Source: an uncultured virus (IMG/VR IMGVR_UViG_3300014205_000018)
Lineage: Duplodnaviria > Heunggongvirae > Uroviricota > Caudoviricetes
Direction: 5' to 3' (one strand)
Length of the DNA: 64,000 nt
IMG/VR virus record: IMGVR_UViG_3300014205_000018
The notes beneath the pieces are model-generated. The model did no database searches and had not been told where the DNA came from. It saw only the letters and a list, made by a program, of their open reading frames with translations. Each line of letters opens with the position of its first letter. Positions within the stretch are counted from its first letter, which is position 1. The position numbers and the translations under genes are program-made. Below are positions 1 to 9,505 of the stretch, one piece after another.

Positions 1-621
1 GACATGCTGCACGCGCACGCCCTGGATAACGTGGGCCTGACCAGCGATGCATATCTGGCCGTCGCGGACATGCTGCACGCGCACGCCCTGGATAACGTGG
101 GCCTGACCAGCGATGCATATCTGACCGTGGCCGACTCCCTGCACGCGCACGCCCTGGATAACGTGGGCCTGACCAGCGATGCATATCTGGCCGCTGCTGA
201 CTTGGCGCATGCGCATGCCCTTGATGCCGTGGTGCTGGGCACCGAGGTAGCACTGGCCGTCGCCGATGCACTGCACGCTCACGCACTGGATGGTGTGACG
301 CTTACTCTTGGTGGCATCGATCTCGTCATCGCTGGCGTCATGCACGCGCACGCGCTCGACACCCTGGCACTCACGCTCGATACCTATCTCGCCATTGCCG
401 ACGCGTTGCACGCTCACGCCCTGGATAACGCAGACCTATCGCTCGACACCTACCTCGTTGTTGCCGATGCACTGCACGCACACGCGATCGACAACCTGAC
501 GTTATCGTTCCCGGCCACGGGCGCTCTGTCCGACGCCGAGTTCCGCCAGATGTACGACTGGTTGTATGCACTGTCTCAGAAGCAGCTGCTCACTGTCGGC
601 ACTTTCCTTGCGCTGAAATAA
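1..621 (+). CDS. Tail fibre/structural protein with 22-aa His-rich repeats (5' partial)
   Basis: ORF open from the window edge; eight xxHAHA[LI]D repeats; lies among virion genes. Confidence 0.6.
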   Translation, partial: DMLHAHALDNVGLTSDAYLAVADMLHAHALDNVGLTSDAYLTVADSLHAHALDNVGLTSDAYLAAADLAHAHALDAVVLGTEVALAVADALHAHALDGVTLTLGGIDLVIAGVMHAHALDTLALTLDTYLAIADALHAHALDNADLSLDTYLVVADALHAHAIDNLTLSFPATGALSDAEFRQMYDWLYALSQKQLLTVGTFLALK

Positions 622-657
622 GCATTCCTTTACACTACGCCACAATTGGAGGTCCCA

Positions 658-816
658 ATGGCCCAAGCGAAACCGACAACACCGGCAACGCCAGCCCAGT
701 TGAAAAAGTCAGCGTCCCTCAAACAGGGCGTCAATCGACCTAAGACAAATTGGGCCTCCAAAAGCGCAGTGAATCGCCCACGCACGCAACGTGGCAAACA
801 ATTCAAATTGGGTTGA
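658..816 (+). CDS. Small basic protein (52 aa)
   Basis: GGAGG RBS before ATG 658; MAQAKPTT...RGKQFKLG; below the ORF track cutoff. Confidence 0.65.
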   Translation: MAQAKPTTPATPAQLKKSASLKQGVNRPKTNWASKSAVNRPRTQRGKQFKLG

Positions 817-819
817 TTC

Positions 820-1200
820 ATGCAGAAATACCAAGATGCGGTTGTAAAGCCCAACGGGGACATCCTGGCGGGGGCGTCTGTGCTTGTACAAACATACCCC
901 GGCGCGGTGACGGCGACCATTTACTCCGACGACGGTGTCACGGAAGCCACGAACCCGTTGACCACTGACAGCATCGGCAATTTCTCGTTTTACGCAGCCG
1001 ACGGTCGCTACCAGCTCGTCGTATCCGGTACAGGACTCACAACGCGGACCGTCACCGATGTACTGCTCGAAGACCCGGCAGACGCCATGCTGGTTCTGGT
1101 CAATGGCGTGTGGCTCATGATCGGCGTGCCAACGTCCGACCCGGCCGTGGCCAATGCGGTCTGGAGCAACGGCGGCGTCCTCACATTGAGCGCGGGGTAA
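820..1200 (+). CDS. Virion protein with tailspike head-binding-like beta domain
   Basis: ATIYSDDG...NPLTTDSIGNFSFYAADGRY resembles the N-terminal domains of phage tail proteins. Confidence 0.55.
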   Translation: MQKYQDAVVKPNGDILAGASVLVQTYPGAVTATIYSDDGVTEATNPLTTDSIGNFSFYAADGRYQLVVSGTGLTTRTVTDVLLEDPADAMLVLVNGVWLMIGVPTSDPAVANAVWSNGGVLTLSAG

Positions 1201-1203
1201 TAC

Positions 1204-1929
1204 ATGCCGATCGTCATCAGCCCCACCACAGCATCGGCCCCGACGTCGGGTACCACGGCCTTCACCATGGACCTCGGCGATATGGTCGAGGAGGCGTTCG
1301 AGCGCTGTGGATCGGAGCTGCGCACAGGTTACGACCTCGTCACCGCGCGCCGGTCCCTGAACCTGCTGTTCGCCGACTGGGCCAACCGCGGCGTAAATCT
1401 ATGGACCCTGGACTCCGGAACTGTCGCCCTTGTAGCTGGTACGGCGACATATACGTTACCGGCAGACACAGTGGACCTGCTGGACTGCGTGGTGCGCGTC
1501 AACAGCGGTGTGGTGGCAACCCAGTCCGATCGCCCAATCTCGCGCATCAGCAACTCCGTCTACAGCACGATCCCGAACAAGCTCAATACGGGCTACCCCA
1601 TCCAGATGGTTGTGACGCGCGCCGGCGCGGCGCCGACGGTGACGCTGTGGCCAGTGCCAGACAGCGCACAGACCTACACCCTGGTGTACTGGCGCATGCG
1701 CCGCGTGCAGGACGCCGGGGGCAGCGCTTACATGACCAACGACGTGCCGTTCCGGATGCTACCGGCCCTGGCCTCGGGACTGGCCTACTACCTCGCGTTC
1801 AAGATTCCAGACGCAGGGGTGCGCATCCCCGTGCTGAAGGAGACGTACGATGAGGACTGGAATCGGGCGGCGGATGAAGATCGCGAGAAGGCACCACTGC
1901 GCATCGTGCCCTACGTTGGGAGGCTGTGA
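1204..1929 (+). CDS. Putative head-tail adaptor/connector protein
   Basis: EEAFERCG..ARRSLNLLFADWANRGVNLW and LWPVPD motifs typical of podovirus adaptors. Confidence 0.65.
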   Translation: MPIVISPTTASAPTSGTTAFTMDLGDMVEEAFERCGSELRTGYDLVTARRSLNLLFADWANRGVNLWTLDSGTVALVAGTATYTLPADTVDLLDCVVRVNSGVVATQSDRPISRISNSVYSTIPNKLNTGYPIQMVVTRAGAAPTVTLWPVPDSAQTYTLVYWRMRRVQDAGGSAYMTNDVPFRMLPALASGLAYYLAFKIPDAGVRIPVLKETYDEDWNRAADEDREKAPLRIVPYVGRL

Positions 1930-2195
1930 TGTATGCGCGCGGCAAACGAGCATGGGGTATCTGTGACCGATGTGGTTTCAGGTATCTCCTGTCGACGCTG
2001 CGCGAAGAGTCCATCCGAGCCGTGGGGCGCAACAACAAGGTGTGCCAGAGCTGCTTTGACGGGGACCACCCACAGAATTTCCTGGGCATGACGCCCATTT
2101 ATGACCCGCAGGCGCTGCGCAATGCGCGGCCGGATGTGGCTGAGAGCGCGGTCGACCCATACAACCCGACATTTGTGGGGAACGGAAACTCATGA
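1926..2195 (+). CDS. Conserved phage Zn-finger protein
   Basis: CDRCG...CQSC, DHPQ...DPQALRNARPD; overlaps neighbouring start/stop codons. Confidence 0.7.
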   Translation: MMYARGKRAWGICDRCGFRYLLSTLREESIRAVGRNNKVCQSCFDGDHPQNFLGMTPIYDPQALRNARPDVAESAVDPYNPTFVGNGNS

Positions 2196-2833
2196 ATTAC
2201 GCGACCCTGGCCCAGCTGGTCCAAGACTTTGCAGTCGATGCGGAGCCGACGTTCGTCGCCAACATCCCGAACTTCGTCCGGGCGACGGAAAAGCGTGTGT
2301 ACAACGATGTGCCGGATTTGCCATCGTTCCAGGCATCGGCGCCGTTGGCTACGGTCGCCGATACTGACTACATTACCGCGCCAGACGACTTTCTGTCTGT
2401 CGACACCCTGGCAATCATCGTGACCGGCGAGCGGCGGTTCTTGATCTCCAAGACGCCGGATTTCCTACAACATGCGTACCCGGTTGTGGCCTACCGCGGC
2501 GTGCCGCGGTACTACGCGGTCGACACGCCATACGTATTGCGGCTTGCACCAGTGCCTGACGCTATCTACACCGTGGAGCTGTCGTATCTGGCGTACCCGG
2601 AGTCGATCGCGGACGCAGTGTCAGGCACAAGTTGGCTGGGCGACAATTTCGAGTTCGTGTTGCAGTACGGCGCGCTGCGCGATGCGGCGGTGTTTCTCAA
2701 GGAAGAAGCGGACGTGGTGCAGATGTACGAGACCCAGTATGCGCAGGCCCTGGCGCTGCTGAAGGACTACGCGACGATGCGCGGTCAGATCGATTTCCGG
2801 CATCGGCAAGATTTCAAACGGCTTCCGAGGTAA
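2192..2833 (+). CDS. Putative adaptor/tail tubular protein A-like
   Basis: MNYATL...PRYYA...LAPVPD...SWLGDNF..L.YGAL pattern. Confidence 0.6.
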   Translation: MNYATLAQLVQDFAVDAEPTFVANIPNFVRATEKRVYNDVPDLPSFQASAPLATVADTDYITAPDDFLSVDTLAIIVTGERRFLISKTPDFLQHAYPVVAYRGVPRYYAVDTPYVLRLAPVPDAIYTVELSYLAYPESIADAVSGTSWLGDNFEFVLQYGALRDAAVFLKEEADVVQMYETQYAQALALLKDYATMRGQIDFRHRQDFKRLPR

Positions 2834-2836
2834 GCG

Positions 2837-3745
2837 ATGGCAACCACATACACGACACAACTGCGACTGGCCAAACCCAAGACAGGCGAACTGTTCGGTA
2901 CCTGGGGGGATGTCGTCAACGCGGGCATCACGGCTCTGGTTGAGGAGGCTATTGCCGGGCGGGTGGTGGTCACGCACAGCGACGCGGCGGACTACACGCT
3001 GACCAGCAACAACGGTGCCACCGATCAGGCACGCAACATGGTGCTTCGGATCGAGGGTACGCTCACTGCGGCCCGTAACGTGATCTGTCCGACGCAGGCA
3101 AAGCTGTACATCATTGAGAACGCCACCACGAACGGTTACGCGGTGACGCTCAAAACGGCAGCCGGTACGGGCGTATCCGTAGCAGCCGGCAAGAGCGCGC
3201 TGCTGCGTTGTGATGGGACGGATGTAGTTGCCTGGGTCACACCGGGGACGGCCGGCAGCTTGTCATCGGCGACAACGACCATAGACGTGGCGGGCTCGAC
3301 GGCACCCGTGGCGGGGTATGTCCTTGTGGCTACGAGTCCCACAACGGCAACATGGCAAGCGATCGCGGGCGGGACGGTACTCACGAACGTCACCAACGTG
3401 TTCACCAAGAACCAGTCTGTGGCCAGCGTCGCTTTGACGCCAGGATCGACGGTGGCAGTGGACGCAGCGCTGTCGAACAACTTCACGCTGGCGATCGGGG
3501 CGAATGCGACATTCACGCTGGCCAATCCGACCAACCTGTCTGACGGGATGGTGCTGAACTTCGAACTGACGCAGGATGCCACGGGGGGCCGCGTGATTAC
3601 CTGGGACACCAAGTACCGATTCCCTGGCGGCAGCTCCACTGCGGTACTCAGTACGGCTGCCAACGCCGTTGACTTTGTGTCGTGCTACTACAACGCGACC
3701 ACTGGTTTCTTGAACTGCGTCCTCAACAAGGCGTTCTCGCACTGA
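2837..3745 (+). CDS. Tail fibre protein
   Basis: Thr/Ala-rich; GE..GTWG N-terminus; C-terminal TQDATGGRVITW...LSTAANAVD module. Confidence 0.7.
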   Translation: MATTYTTQLRLAKPKTGELFGTWGDVVNAGITALVEEAIAGRVVVTHSDAADYTLTSNNGATDQARNMVLRIEGTLTAARNVICPTQAKLYIIENATTNGYAVTLKTAAGTGVSVAAGKSALLRCDGTDVVAWVTPGTAGSLSSATTTIDVAGSTAPVAGYVLVATSPTTATWQAIAGGTVLTNVTNVFTKNQSVASVALTPGSTVAVDAALSNNFTLAIGANATFTLANPTNLSDGMVLNFELTQDATGGRVITWDTKYRFPGGSSTAVLSTAANAVDFVSCYYNATTGFLNCVLNKAFSH

Positions 3746-4509
3746 TCATGTTCGCAGTCGGTCCCACGTTCTTCAGTAGCCCGGTCGGCGATCACCCACC
3801 GGGCGACGGGTTGACGTTATTCCAGACCACGTTCGATGGCGCGAGTGCTGCAGACGTGAGCGCAAATTTGATCGGCTCCGGTAGCGGCAGTGGGTTGACT
3901 CTGGCTGACGGGTCGATGTATGGCACGATGGACGGCACACCGCGCTATCGGTTGTGGGACAGCACTGTTATCGGGATGCCAGCACGCAGCAGTACAAGAA
4001 CGTGGGAATTCTTCTTCAACGCAGAGGAAATCAACATCAGCCCCGGCAACCAGATCAAGTTCGCGCAGTTCACTTGCTCGATACCTAGCATCGACTTTTG
4101 GTTGCAGTCAGCAGCCTACGTACCAAACGGCGCGAGGAACATTTTTATTGACATGAGCGCATCGGGCAACGGAACAATCACCGTTCCTTGTGACGTTTAC
4201 GATGGCACGAAACACCACATTGTTTTCACGAACAAGGCAGTGAGCGGCAACAACGATATTTATGTCGATGGGGTGCGAGTCGTGAACGACCTTCACTTGG
4301 GCGCGTACACCGCAGCAAACGGCCAATTCCAACTCGGTGGTTCGTCTAACGGCGACACATTGGTTACCTACTACGGTGCTAGGGCACGTGACGCAGTAAT
4401 GTATTCAGGCGCTTCGTTTCCCCGACCAACTGGCCCCGAAGTATGGGGCCCACCGTGATAAACAAAGTCCGCAAGGCGTTCTCGCACTGATCATGTTCGC
4501 AGTCGGTCC
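3727..4509 (+). repeat. Exact 38-bp direct repeat (3727-3764 and 4472-4509)
   Basis: caaggcgttctcgcactgatcatgttcgcagtcggtcc occurs at both positions. Confidence 0.92.
3748..4458 (+). CDS. Putative receptor-binding/LamG-like beta-sandwich protein, paralog 1
   Basis: ATG 3748 follows the fibre stop; TWEFF, HHIVF, IYVDG motifs; termini shared with the next gene. Confidence 0.65.
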   Translation: MFAVGPTFFSSPVGDHPPGDGLTLFQTTFDGASAADVSANLIGSGSGSGLTLADGSMYGTMDGTPRYRLWDSTVIGMPARSSTRTWEFFFNAEEINISPGNQIKFAQFTCSIPSIDFWLQSAAYVPNGARNIFIDMSASGNGTITVPCDVYDGTKHHIVFTNKAVSGNNDIYVDGVRVVNDLHLGAYTAANGQFQLGGSSNGDTLVTYYGARARDAVMYSGASFPRPTGPEVWGPP

Positions 4510-5221
4510 AACATTCTTTTCAAGCCCTAGCGGCGGCGGCGATCACCCACCGGGCGACGGGTTGACGCGCCTGCAGACTGCGTTCGCTGGCGCGAGTTCT
4601 GCAGACATCAGCAGCTACGCGATAGGTTCGGGCACGAACACTGGGGGGACTGTGCACGACGGGTACTACGAAGTTGACATCAACAGCGGTTCCCTAAAAA
4701 ACCTCGCTTGGGTAAACTCAGGTTTGGCTAAAAACACGGGGCAAAAATACACGTTCGAAATATTTTTTGAGGTAATCGAGGTAACAGGGAACCGCAACAG
4801 CGCCGTCGGACTATTCGATGCCGTGATGTTCCTGACCGCAGGGATGCAGGCGTCGATGAACGGGTACGGTGGCGCTGTCCCCTTAGCCAACGAGTTCGCA
4901 TACAGCGACACGATCAACGGCGGGCACACGTATGTCGGGTCAACCGATTTACCCGCGTCGTCGCCAGCTATCCATCACTTTGCCTTGTCCGTTGCCGCCG
5001 ATGCGACGTACAGCGTGTACCTAGACAGTTCCCGGATACTAGGGCCGGTTGCCGGAACCGACTTCGCTCACACGTCTGGCAGCGTGTCCATCGGGGGTGT
5101 GTCGGCGAGCGGGGAAAGCACGCGGTTAAAAGTATACGGCGTTCGTGTCCGACGGGATCAGATGTACACAGGCGCATCGTTCGTTCCCCTTTCAGGGCCT
5201 GAAGTGTGGGGGCCTCCGTGA
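4493..5221 (+). CDS. Putative receptor-binding/LamG-like beta-sandwich protein, paralog 2
   Basis: TFEIF, HHFAL, VYLD motifs; MFAVGPTFFSSP...GPEVWGPP termini shared with paralog 1. Confidence 0.65.
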   Translation: MFAVGPTFFSSPSGGGDHPPGDGLTRLQTAFAGASSADISSYAIGSGTNTGGTVHDGYYEVDINSGSLKNLAWVNSGLAKNTGQKYTFEIFFEVIEVTGNRNSAVGLFDAVMFLTAGMQASMNGYGGAVPLANEFAYSDTINGGHTYVGSTDLPASSPAIHHFALSVAADATYSVYLDSSRILGPVAGTDFAHTSGSVSIGGVSASGESTRLKVYGVRVRRDQMYTGASFVPLSGPEVWGPP

Positions 5222-5244
5222 ACAAAAAAGCAAAGGAAAGTTAG

Positions 5245-5673
5245 ATGATCGTCTTGAGATACCTAGTCCTTGCGCTGGTCGTCTGGTTCAGCGCTGCGAT
5301 GTCCTACGCAAACGCAGCCGAACCGTTGAAAAGCCCACTGAGTTACAGCATGCGCGAGTACGGGGCAATCATCGGCATCGCGATGCTGGGCGGCTTCGTG
5401 CGTTGGTACACCGCAGTGCGACGCGGGCACGCTGCAGGCTACGACATCCGCATCCTTGTCGGCGAGCTGATGACTTCAGCGTTCACCGGCATTCTGGTGT
5501 TTTGGGGTTGCGAAGCCTACGACGTGAACCCGCTGGTGACGGCCGCGCTGTCTGGCATGGGCGGGCACATGGGCATCAGCCTGCTGATGTGGGTAGAGAA
5601 ATCGCTGAAGCGCCACATGGAACGCAAGTACGGTGTGGAGCCAACTGACCGCGCGCCTTTGGGCGACAAATGA
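5245..5673 (+). CDS. Holin (LydA-like)
   Basis: Several hydrophobic segments, GELMTSAFTG...GMGGHMG pattern; upstream of the endolysin. Confidence 0.7.
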   Translation: MIVLRYLVLALVVWFSAAMSYANAAEPLKSPLSYSMREYGAIIGIAMLGGFVRWYTAVRRGHAAGYDIRILVGELMTSAFTGILVFWGCEAYDVNPLVTAALSGMGGHMGISLLMWVEKSLKRHMERKYGVEPTDRAPLGDK

Positions 5674-5900
5674 ACTGGGTACGCCGCCTTCGGGGGTGGT
5701 GGCTAGACTTTATCGACGCATGCCACGAACCGTGGCCGGACATCGACAGTGAATGGGGTAGCGTATTTCCGCAGGGCGACGGTCAGGACTCTCGCCCGCC
5801 ACCAGATTTTGCAGACCGGATACCTGACGGCTTTCACCCGTGCGATACGCAGCCTACACAGCCCGGTGCACTTGACACCTTACCAGGGAAACTACCATGA
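5670..5900 (+). CDS. Hypothetical protein
   Basis: ATGA overlaps with both neighbours in the lysis cassette. Confidence 0.55.
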   Translation: MNWVRRLRGWWLDFIDACHEPWPDIDSEWGSVFPQGDGQDSRPPPDFADRIPDGFHPCDTQPTQPGALDTLPGKLP

Positions 5901-6376
5901 ACTTTAACGAAGCATTCGACCGGTTGATCAGCCACGAAGGCGGATATTCCAACCGGGACAAGGCAGCTGACCCTGGTGGTGAGACGAACTGGGGTATCTC
6001 CAAGCGCAGCTACCCGGACGTGGACATCCCGAACCTGACGCGTGAAGGCGCCAAGGCTATCTACCAGCGCGACTTTTGGGCTCCGTTGCTCAATGTCCAT
6101 CCGGCCGTCAAGTTCCAGGCGTTCGACTTCGCCGTCAACAGTGGTATCCAGACTGCCATTCGCAAGCTGCAGAAGGCCATCAACGTGGCAGACGACGGAC
6201 ACTGGGGGCCGATCTCCGACCGCAAGGTCAGTATGATGGACCTGTCCGATGTGCTGATGTTGTACATCGCCGAGCGCGAGGAGTTCTGGGCGTCGTTGTC
6301 GAACTTCCCTCAAAATGGCAGAGGTTGGATGCGCCGATCGGCGCAAAACTTGCGGTACGCCGCGATGGACAACTGA
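5897..6376 (+). CDS. Endolysin, glycoside hydrolase family 108
   Basis: HEGGYSN...DPGGETNWGI catalytic motif; FDFAVNSG; GRGWMRR C-terminus. Confidence 0.9.
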   Translation: MNFNEAFDRLISHEGGYSNRDKAADPGGETNWGISKRSYPDVDIPNLTREGAKAIYQRDFWAPLLNVHPAVKFQAFDFAVNSGIQTAIRKLQKAINVADDGHWGPISDRKVSMMDLSDVLMLYIAEREEFWASLSNFPQNGRGWMRRSAQNLRYAAMDN

Positions 6377-6377
6377 T

Positions 6378-6686
6378 ATGGGCATCGCGGAAGCCACCTT
6401 CGCGATCGCCGTGTTGGCGATCCTGTGGAGTTTCTACCGGGCGCATCGCAACCCCGGTGTCGACTTCAACCTGCTGGACCTGATCATGGTCAATGGGCGG
6501 GTGAGCAAGACTTCGGCGGTATTCATGGGGTCTTGGGCTGCCATGACGTGGATCATTGTGCAGCTCACCTTGGCTGGGAAGATTACGGATGTCTTCTATG
6601 CAGCATACGGTGCCATCTTCGTGACACCGATCGTTGCCAGGATGTTCAGTGGCGCCGCACCGGCCGATCCAAAGGACGGGCCATGA
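6378..6686 (+). CDS. Membrane protein (second holin/antiholin-like)
   Basis: Three hydrophobic helices; between endolysin and spanin. Confidence 0.55.
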   Translation: MGIAEATFAIAVLAILWSFYRAHRNPGVDFNLLDLIMVNGRVSKTSAVFMGSWAAMTWIIVQLTLAGKITDVFYAAYGAIFVTPIVARMFSGAAPADPKDGP

Positions 6687-7243
6687 ACCTCATGCTCCTT
6701 CGCGGCATCGTCATCGCAGTCCTGCTGTCCGCCCTGACAGCGGGCTATTTCAGCTGGCGCGGGCATCAGCGTGAAATCGGCGCGACCGCACAAAGGCTTG
6801 TCGATCAGGCAGAGACCGATAAAATCAAGCGCGATGCGGTGCTGAAGCTGGAGGAGGTACTGCGGGGTAAAGCGGCTGCCGAGAAGCAGCTGGCCGAGTT
6901 CAAAGATAAGCAAGAGGTGCAGGATGCAAAGAACGTCGCCACAGTTACCGATCTTGGTCGTCGTATTGCTGCTCTTACTCGTGCTTCTGCTGGCCGGCTG
7001 CGCGACCCCAACGCCCAAGCCAGTGGATGTGGGGGTGGTAGTCGTGACCCCACCCCCGCAACTGCCACCGCCGCCAGCCCTCGTCCAGACGACGCTACCG
7101 AAACCACCGGGCTACTTTCGCCAGAGCTTACTGAATTTCTTCAGCGCACCGTTGAAGAAGCCGACGCCATAAACACGGCGTACATATCCTGTAGAGCCGA
7201 CAGCTACTACATACGATCCATCAACCCCAGGAGTGCACCATGA
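6683..7243 (+). CDS. i-spanin (Rz-like)
   Basis: N-terminal TM helix, coiled-coil body, C-terminal Cys; hosts an embedded lipoprotein ORF. Confidence 0.75.
   Translation: MNLMLLRGIVIAVLLSALTAGYFSWRGHQREIGATAQRLVDQAETDKIKRDAVLKLEEVLRGKAAAEKQLAEFKDKQEVQDAKNVATVTDLGRRIAALTRASAGRLRDPNAQASGCGGGSRDPTPATATAASPRPDDATETTGLLSPELTEFLQRTVEEADAINTAYISCRADSYYIRSINPRSAP
6924..7172 (+). CDS. o-spanin (Rz1-like lipoprotein) embedded in the +1 frame
   Basis: Hydrophobic signal with LLAG-C lipobox, then Pro-rich PPPQLPPPP. Confidence 0.75.
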   Translation: MQRTSPQLPILVVVLLLLLVLLLAGCATPTPKPVDVGVVVVTPPPQLPPPPALVQTTLPKPPGYFRQSLLNFFSAPLKKPTP

Positions 7244-7389
7244 AAGCAGGCAAGTTCGTTCCATTCGAGAAGTCCGGCAAGGACAAGGAGTCCAAGAAAT
7301 TCGGCAAGGAGGGCTCCAAGAAGGAAGAGGCCAAGGACAAGAAGCAGGCTGGCCGACCATTCAAGCGCGGCGGCATGGCCAAGTGCTGA
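7240..7389 (+). CDS. Small Lys-rich protein (49 aa)
   Basis: AGGAG RBS; MKAGKFVPFEKSGKDK...FKRGGMAKC. Confidence 0.7.
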   Translation: MKAGKFVPFEKSGKDKESKKFGKEGSKKEEAKDKKQAGRPFKRGGMAKC

Positions 7390-7403
7390 ACCGGTAGTCG
7401 CAC

Positions 7404-9257
7404 ATGCCACTGCAGAAACTACAGTTCCGCCCTGGTATCAACCGGGATGCAACGTCGCTTGCGACGGAAGGGGGCTGGTACGCCTGCGACAAAGTGCGAT
7501 TCCGGTCTGGCTTCCCTGAAAAGATAGGCGGCTGGTCGCGTATATCGACGAACGAATACCTGGGCATCTGCCGCACGCTCAACGTCTGGCGCATCTTGGT
7601 CGGCCCGATCTACACCGGCGCCGGCACCCACCTGAAGATGTACGTCGAGAACGGCGGCGCGTACAACGACATCACGCCGATTCGGGAGACGCAAGTCATC
7701 GCGACCAACGCATTCACCACCACGAACGGCAGCAGCGTGGTTGTTGTGACTGACGTTGCCCACGGTGCGATCACGGACACCTACGTCATTATCTCGAGTT
7801 CTGGCGCTGATGTCGGCGGTATCTTGACTGCCGACTTCAACGGGGAATTCGCGATCACCCTGATTGACGCCGACACGTACTCGATCGACGTGGGGGTTAC
7901 GGCCACCAGCGGCGCCATCGGCGGTAACGCCACATTCGACTACCTGCTCAACCCCGGCAAGGCTATCGCCTACTTCACGTACGGTTGGGGCTTTGCCGAG
8001 TTCAGCTCGTACGCCTGGGGCATCGGCTACGACGTGGCGTTGGCGGACATGCGCATGTGGACGCAGGTCACGTACGGAGAGAATCTGATCTTCGGGCCCA
8101 AGCTCGGCGGTATCTATCAGTTCGAGCCCAACGCCAACCCGCTGGTGTTTGATCGCGGCGTGCTGGTGTCCTCGCTGGGGGGCGCCAACGAGGTACCGTT
8201 GTTCCAGTACCACATGCTGCTGGAGCAGTCCGCGCGCATCTTGGTCGTGTTCGGTACCAACCCGTTTGGGTCCATCGTCTATGACCCGCTGCATGTGCGC
8301 TGGAGTGACGTGGAGAGCGTGGTGGAGTGGGAGCCAACAGCAACCACACAGGCGGGTGGGTACACGCTGTCGTCCGGATCGCGGATCGTCACTGCGCTGC
8401 ACACACGCCAGGAGATCGTGATCCTGACAGACACAGCCGTGTTCACCATGCAGTACGTCGGTGCGCCGTTCGTGTTTAGTTTTGCGCAGCAGTCGGACAA
8501 CATCTCCGTCATGGGCCCGAGTTGTGCAACCTCGATCAACGGGGTGGTGTACTGGATGGGGCGAGAAAAGTTCTACATGTTCGACGGGCGGGTACAGACA
8601 CTGGAGTGCACGCTGCTGGACCACGTGTTCGACGACATCAGTGCCTCCCAAGGTGAGCAGGTCACTGCGGGTACAAACGAGGGTTTCGACGAGGTGTGGT
8701 GGCACTACTGCAGCGCGCAGTCAATCACGCCCGATCGATACGTCATCTACAACTACACCCTGCGCATCTGGTACTACGGCACCATGGGGCGCACCGCGTG
8801 GACAGACTCGCCCCTGAAGTCATCACCCTTGGCAGCCTCCGCCAGCGAGTATTGCCTTGTCCAGCACGAGGTGGGTACCGACGACCTCGAGACCAACTCG
8901 ACGTTGCCAATCGAGGCATACATCGAGTCTTCGGACTTCGATATTGGGGATGGGCACAACATGGGCTTCGTGCGGCGCATTCTTCCGGACCTGACGTTCA
9001 CCGGCTCGACCGCGACGACGCCGGCAGTCACCCTGACGCTCAACACCAAAAACGACCCTGGCGCTGCGCTGAACGCGGCTACGGACGAGACAGTATCGCG
9101 CACAGCGACGGCACCGGTGGAGCAGTGGACCAAGGAGGTCTACATCCGTTCGCGCGGCCGCCAGATGAACCTGCGCATCGAATCCAACACTGAAGGTACG
9201 CAGTGGAAGATCGGTACACCCCGCCTTGATGTGCGGCCGGACGGGAGGCGCGCATGA
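7404..9257 (+). CDS. Tail nozzle/DNA stabilization protein (P22 gp10-like)
   Basis: 617 aa; VRFRSGFPEKIGGW, VRWSD, RGRQ..LRIES motifs. Confidence 0.7.
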   Translation: MPLQKLQFRPGINRDATSLATEGGWYACDKVRFRSGFPEKIGGWSRISTNEYLGICRTLNVWRILVGPIYTGAGTHLKMYVENGGAYNDITPIRETQVIATNAFTTTNGSSVVVVTDVAHGAITDTYVIISSSGADVGGILTADFNGEFAITLIDADTYSIDVGVTATSGAIGGNATFDYLLNPGKAIAYFTYGWGFAEFSSYAWGIGYDVALADMRMWTQVTYGENLIFGPKLGGIYQFEPNANPLVFDRGVLVSSLGGANEVPLFQYHMLLEQSARILVVFGTNPFGSIVYDPLHVRWSDVESVVEWEPTATTQAGGYTLSSGSRIVTALHTRQEIVILTDTAVFTMQYVGAPFVFSFAQQSDNISVMGPSCATSINGVVYWMGREKFYMFDGRVQTLECTLLDHVFDDISASQGEQVTAGTNEGFDEVWWHYCSAQSITPDRYVIYNYTLRIWYYGTMGRTAWTDSPLKSSPLAASASEYCLVQHEVGTDDLETNSTLPIEAYIESSDFDIGDGHNMGFVRRILPDLTFTGSTATTPAVTLTLNTKNDPGAALNAATDETVSRTATAPVEQWTKEVYIRSRGRQMNLRIESNTEGTQWKIGTPRLDVRPDGRRA

Positions 9258-9496
9258 CCGTTCGCCCACCAGTCCTTGCCCCGGCACCGGTTGCGTACGA
9301 ACGTCGGTTCTTCGACGAGATACTGCGCGAGATGCGCGCGTACTTTACACGGGCCAATCAGCCCGCGGCTATCAACGCCAGCACCTTGAACATTGCCATC
9401 AGTACGTTGCCTACAGAAGCCGCCATCGCTACACTCCGGTCAGGCGATGTTTACCGTGACACAACAGCCTCGAACGTGCTGAAAATCGTCCCATAG
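9254..9496 (+). CDS. Small tail-associated protein
   Basis: PVAYE...LRSGDVYRD...VLKIV; coupled to the upstream gene. Confidence 0.6.
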   Translation: MTVRPPVLAPAPVAYERRFFDEILREMRAYFTRANQPAAINASTLNIAISTLPTEAAIATLRSGDVYRDTTASNVLKIVP

Positions 9497-9505
9497 GAGT
9501 ACCCC

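Noticed and set aside
3727..5221. Diversity-generating retroelement or invertase shufflon at the fibre cassettes
   Set aside because: No reverse transcriptase or recombinase found; repeats are direct and differences are not adenine-specific
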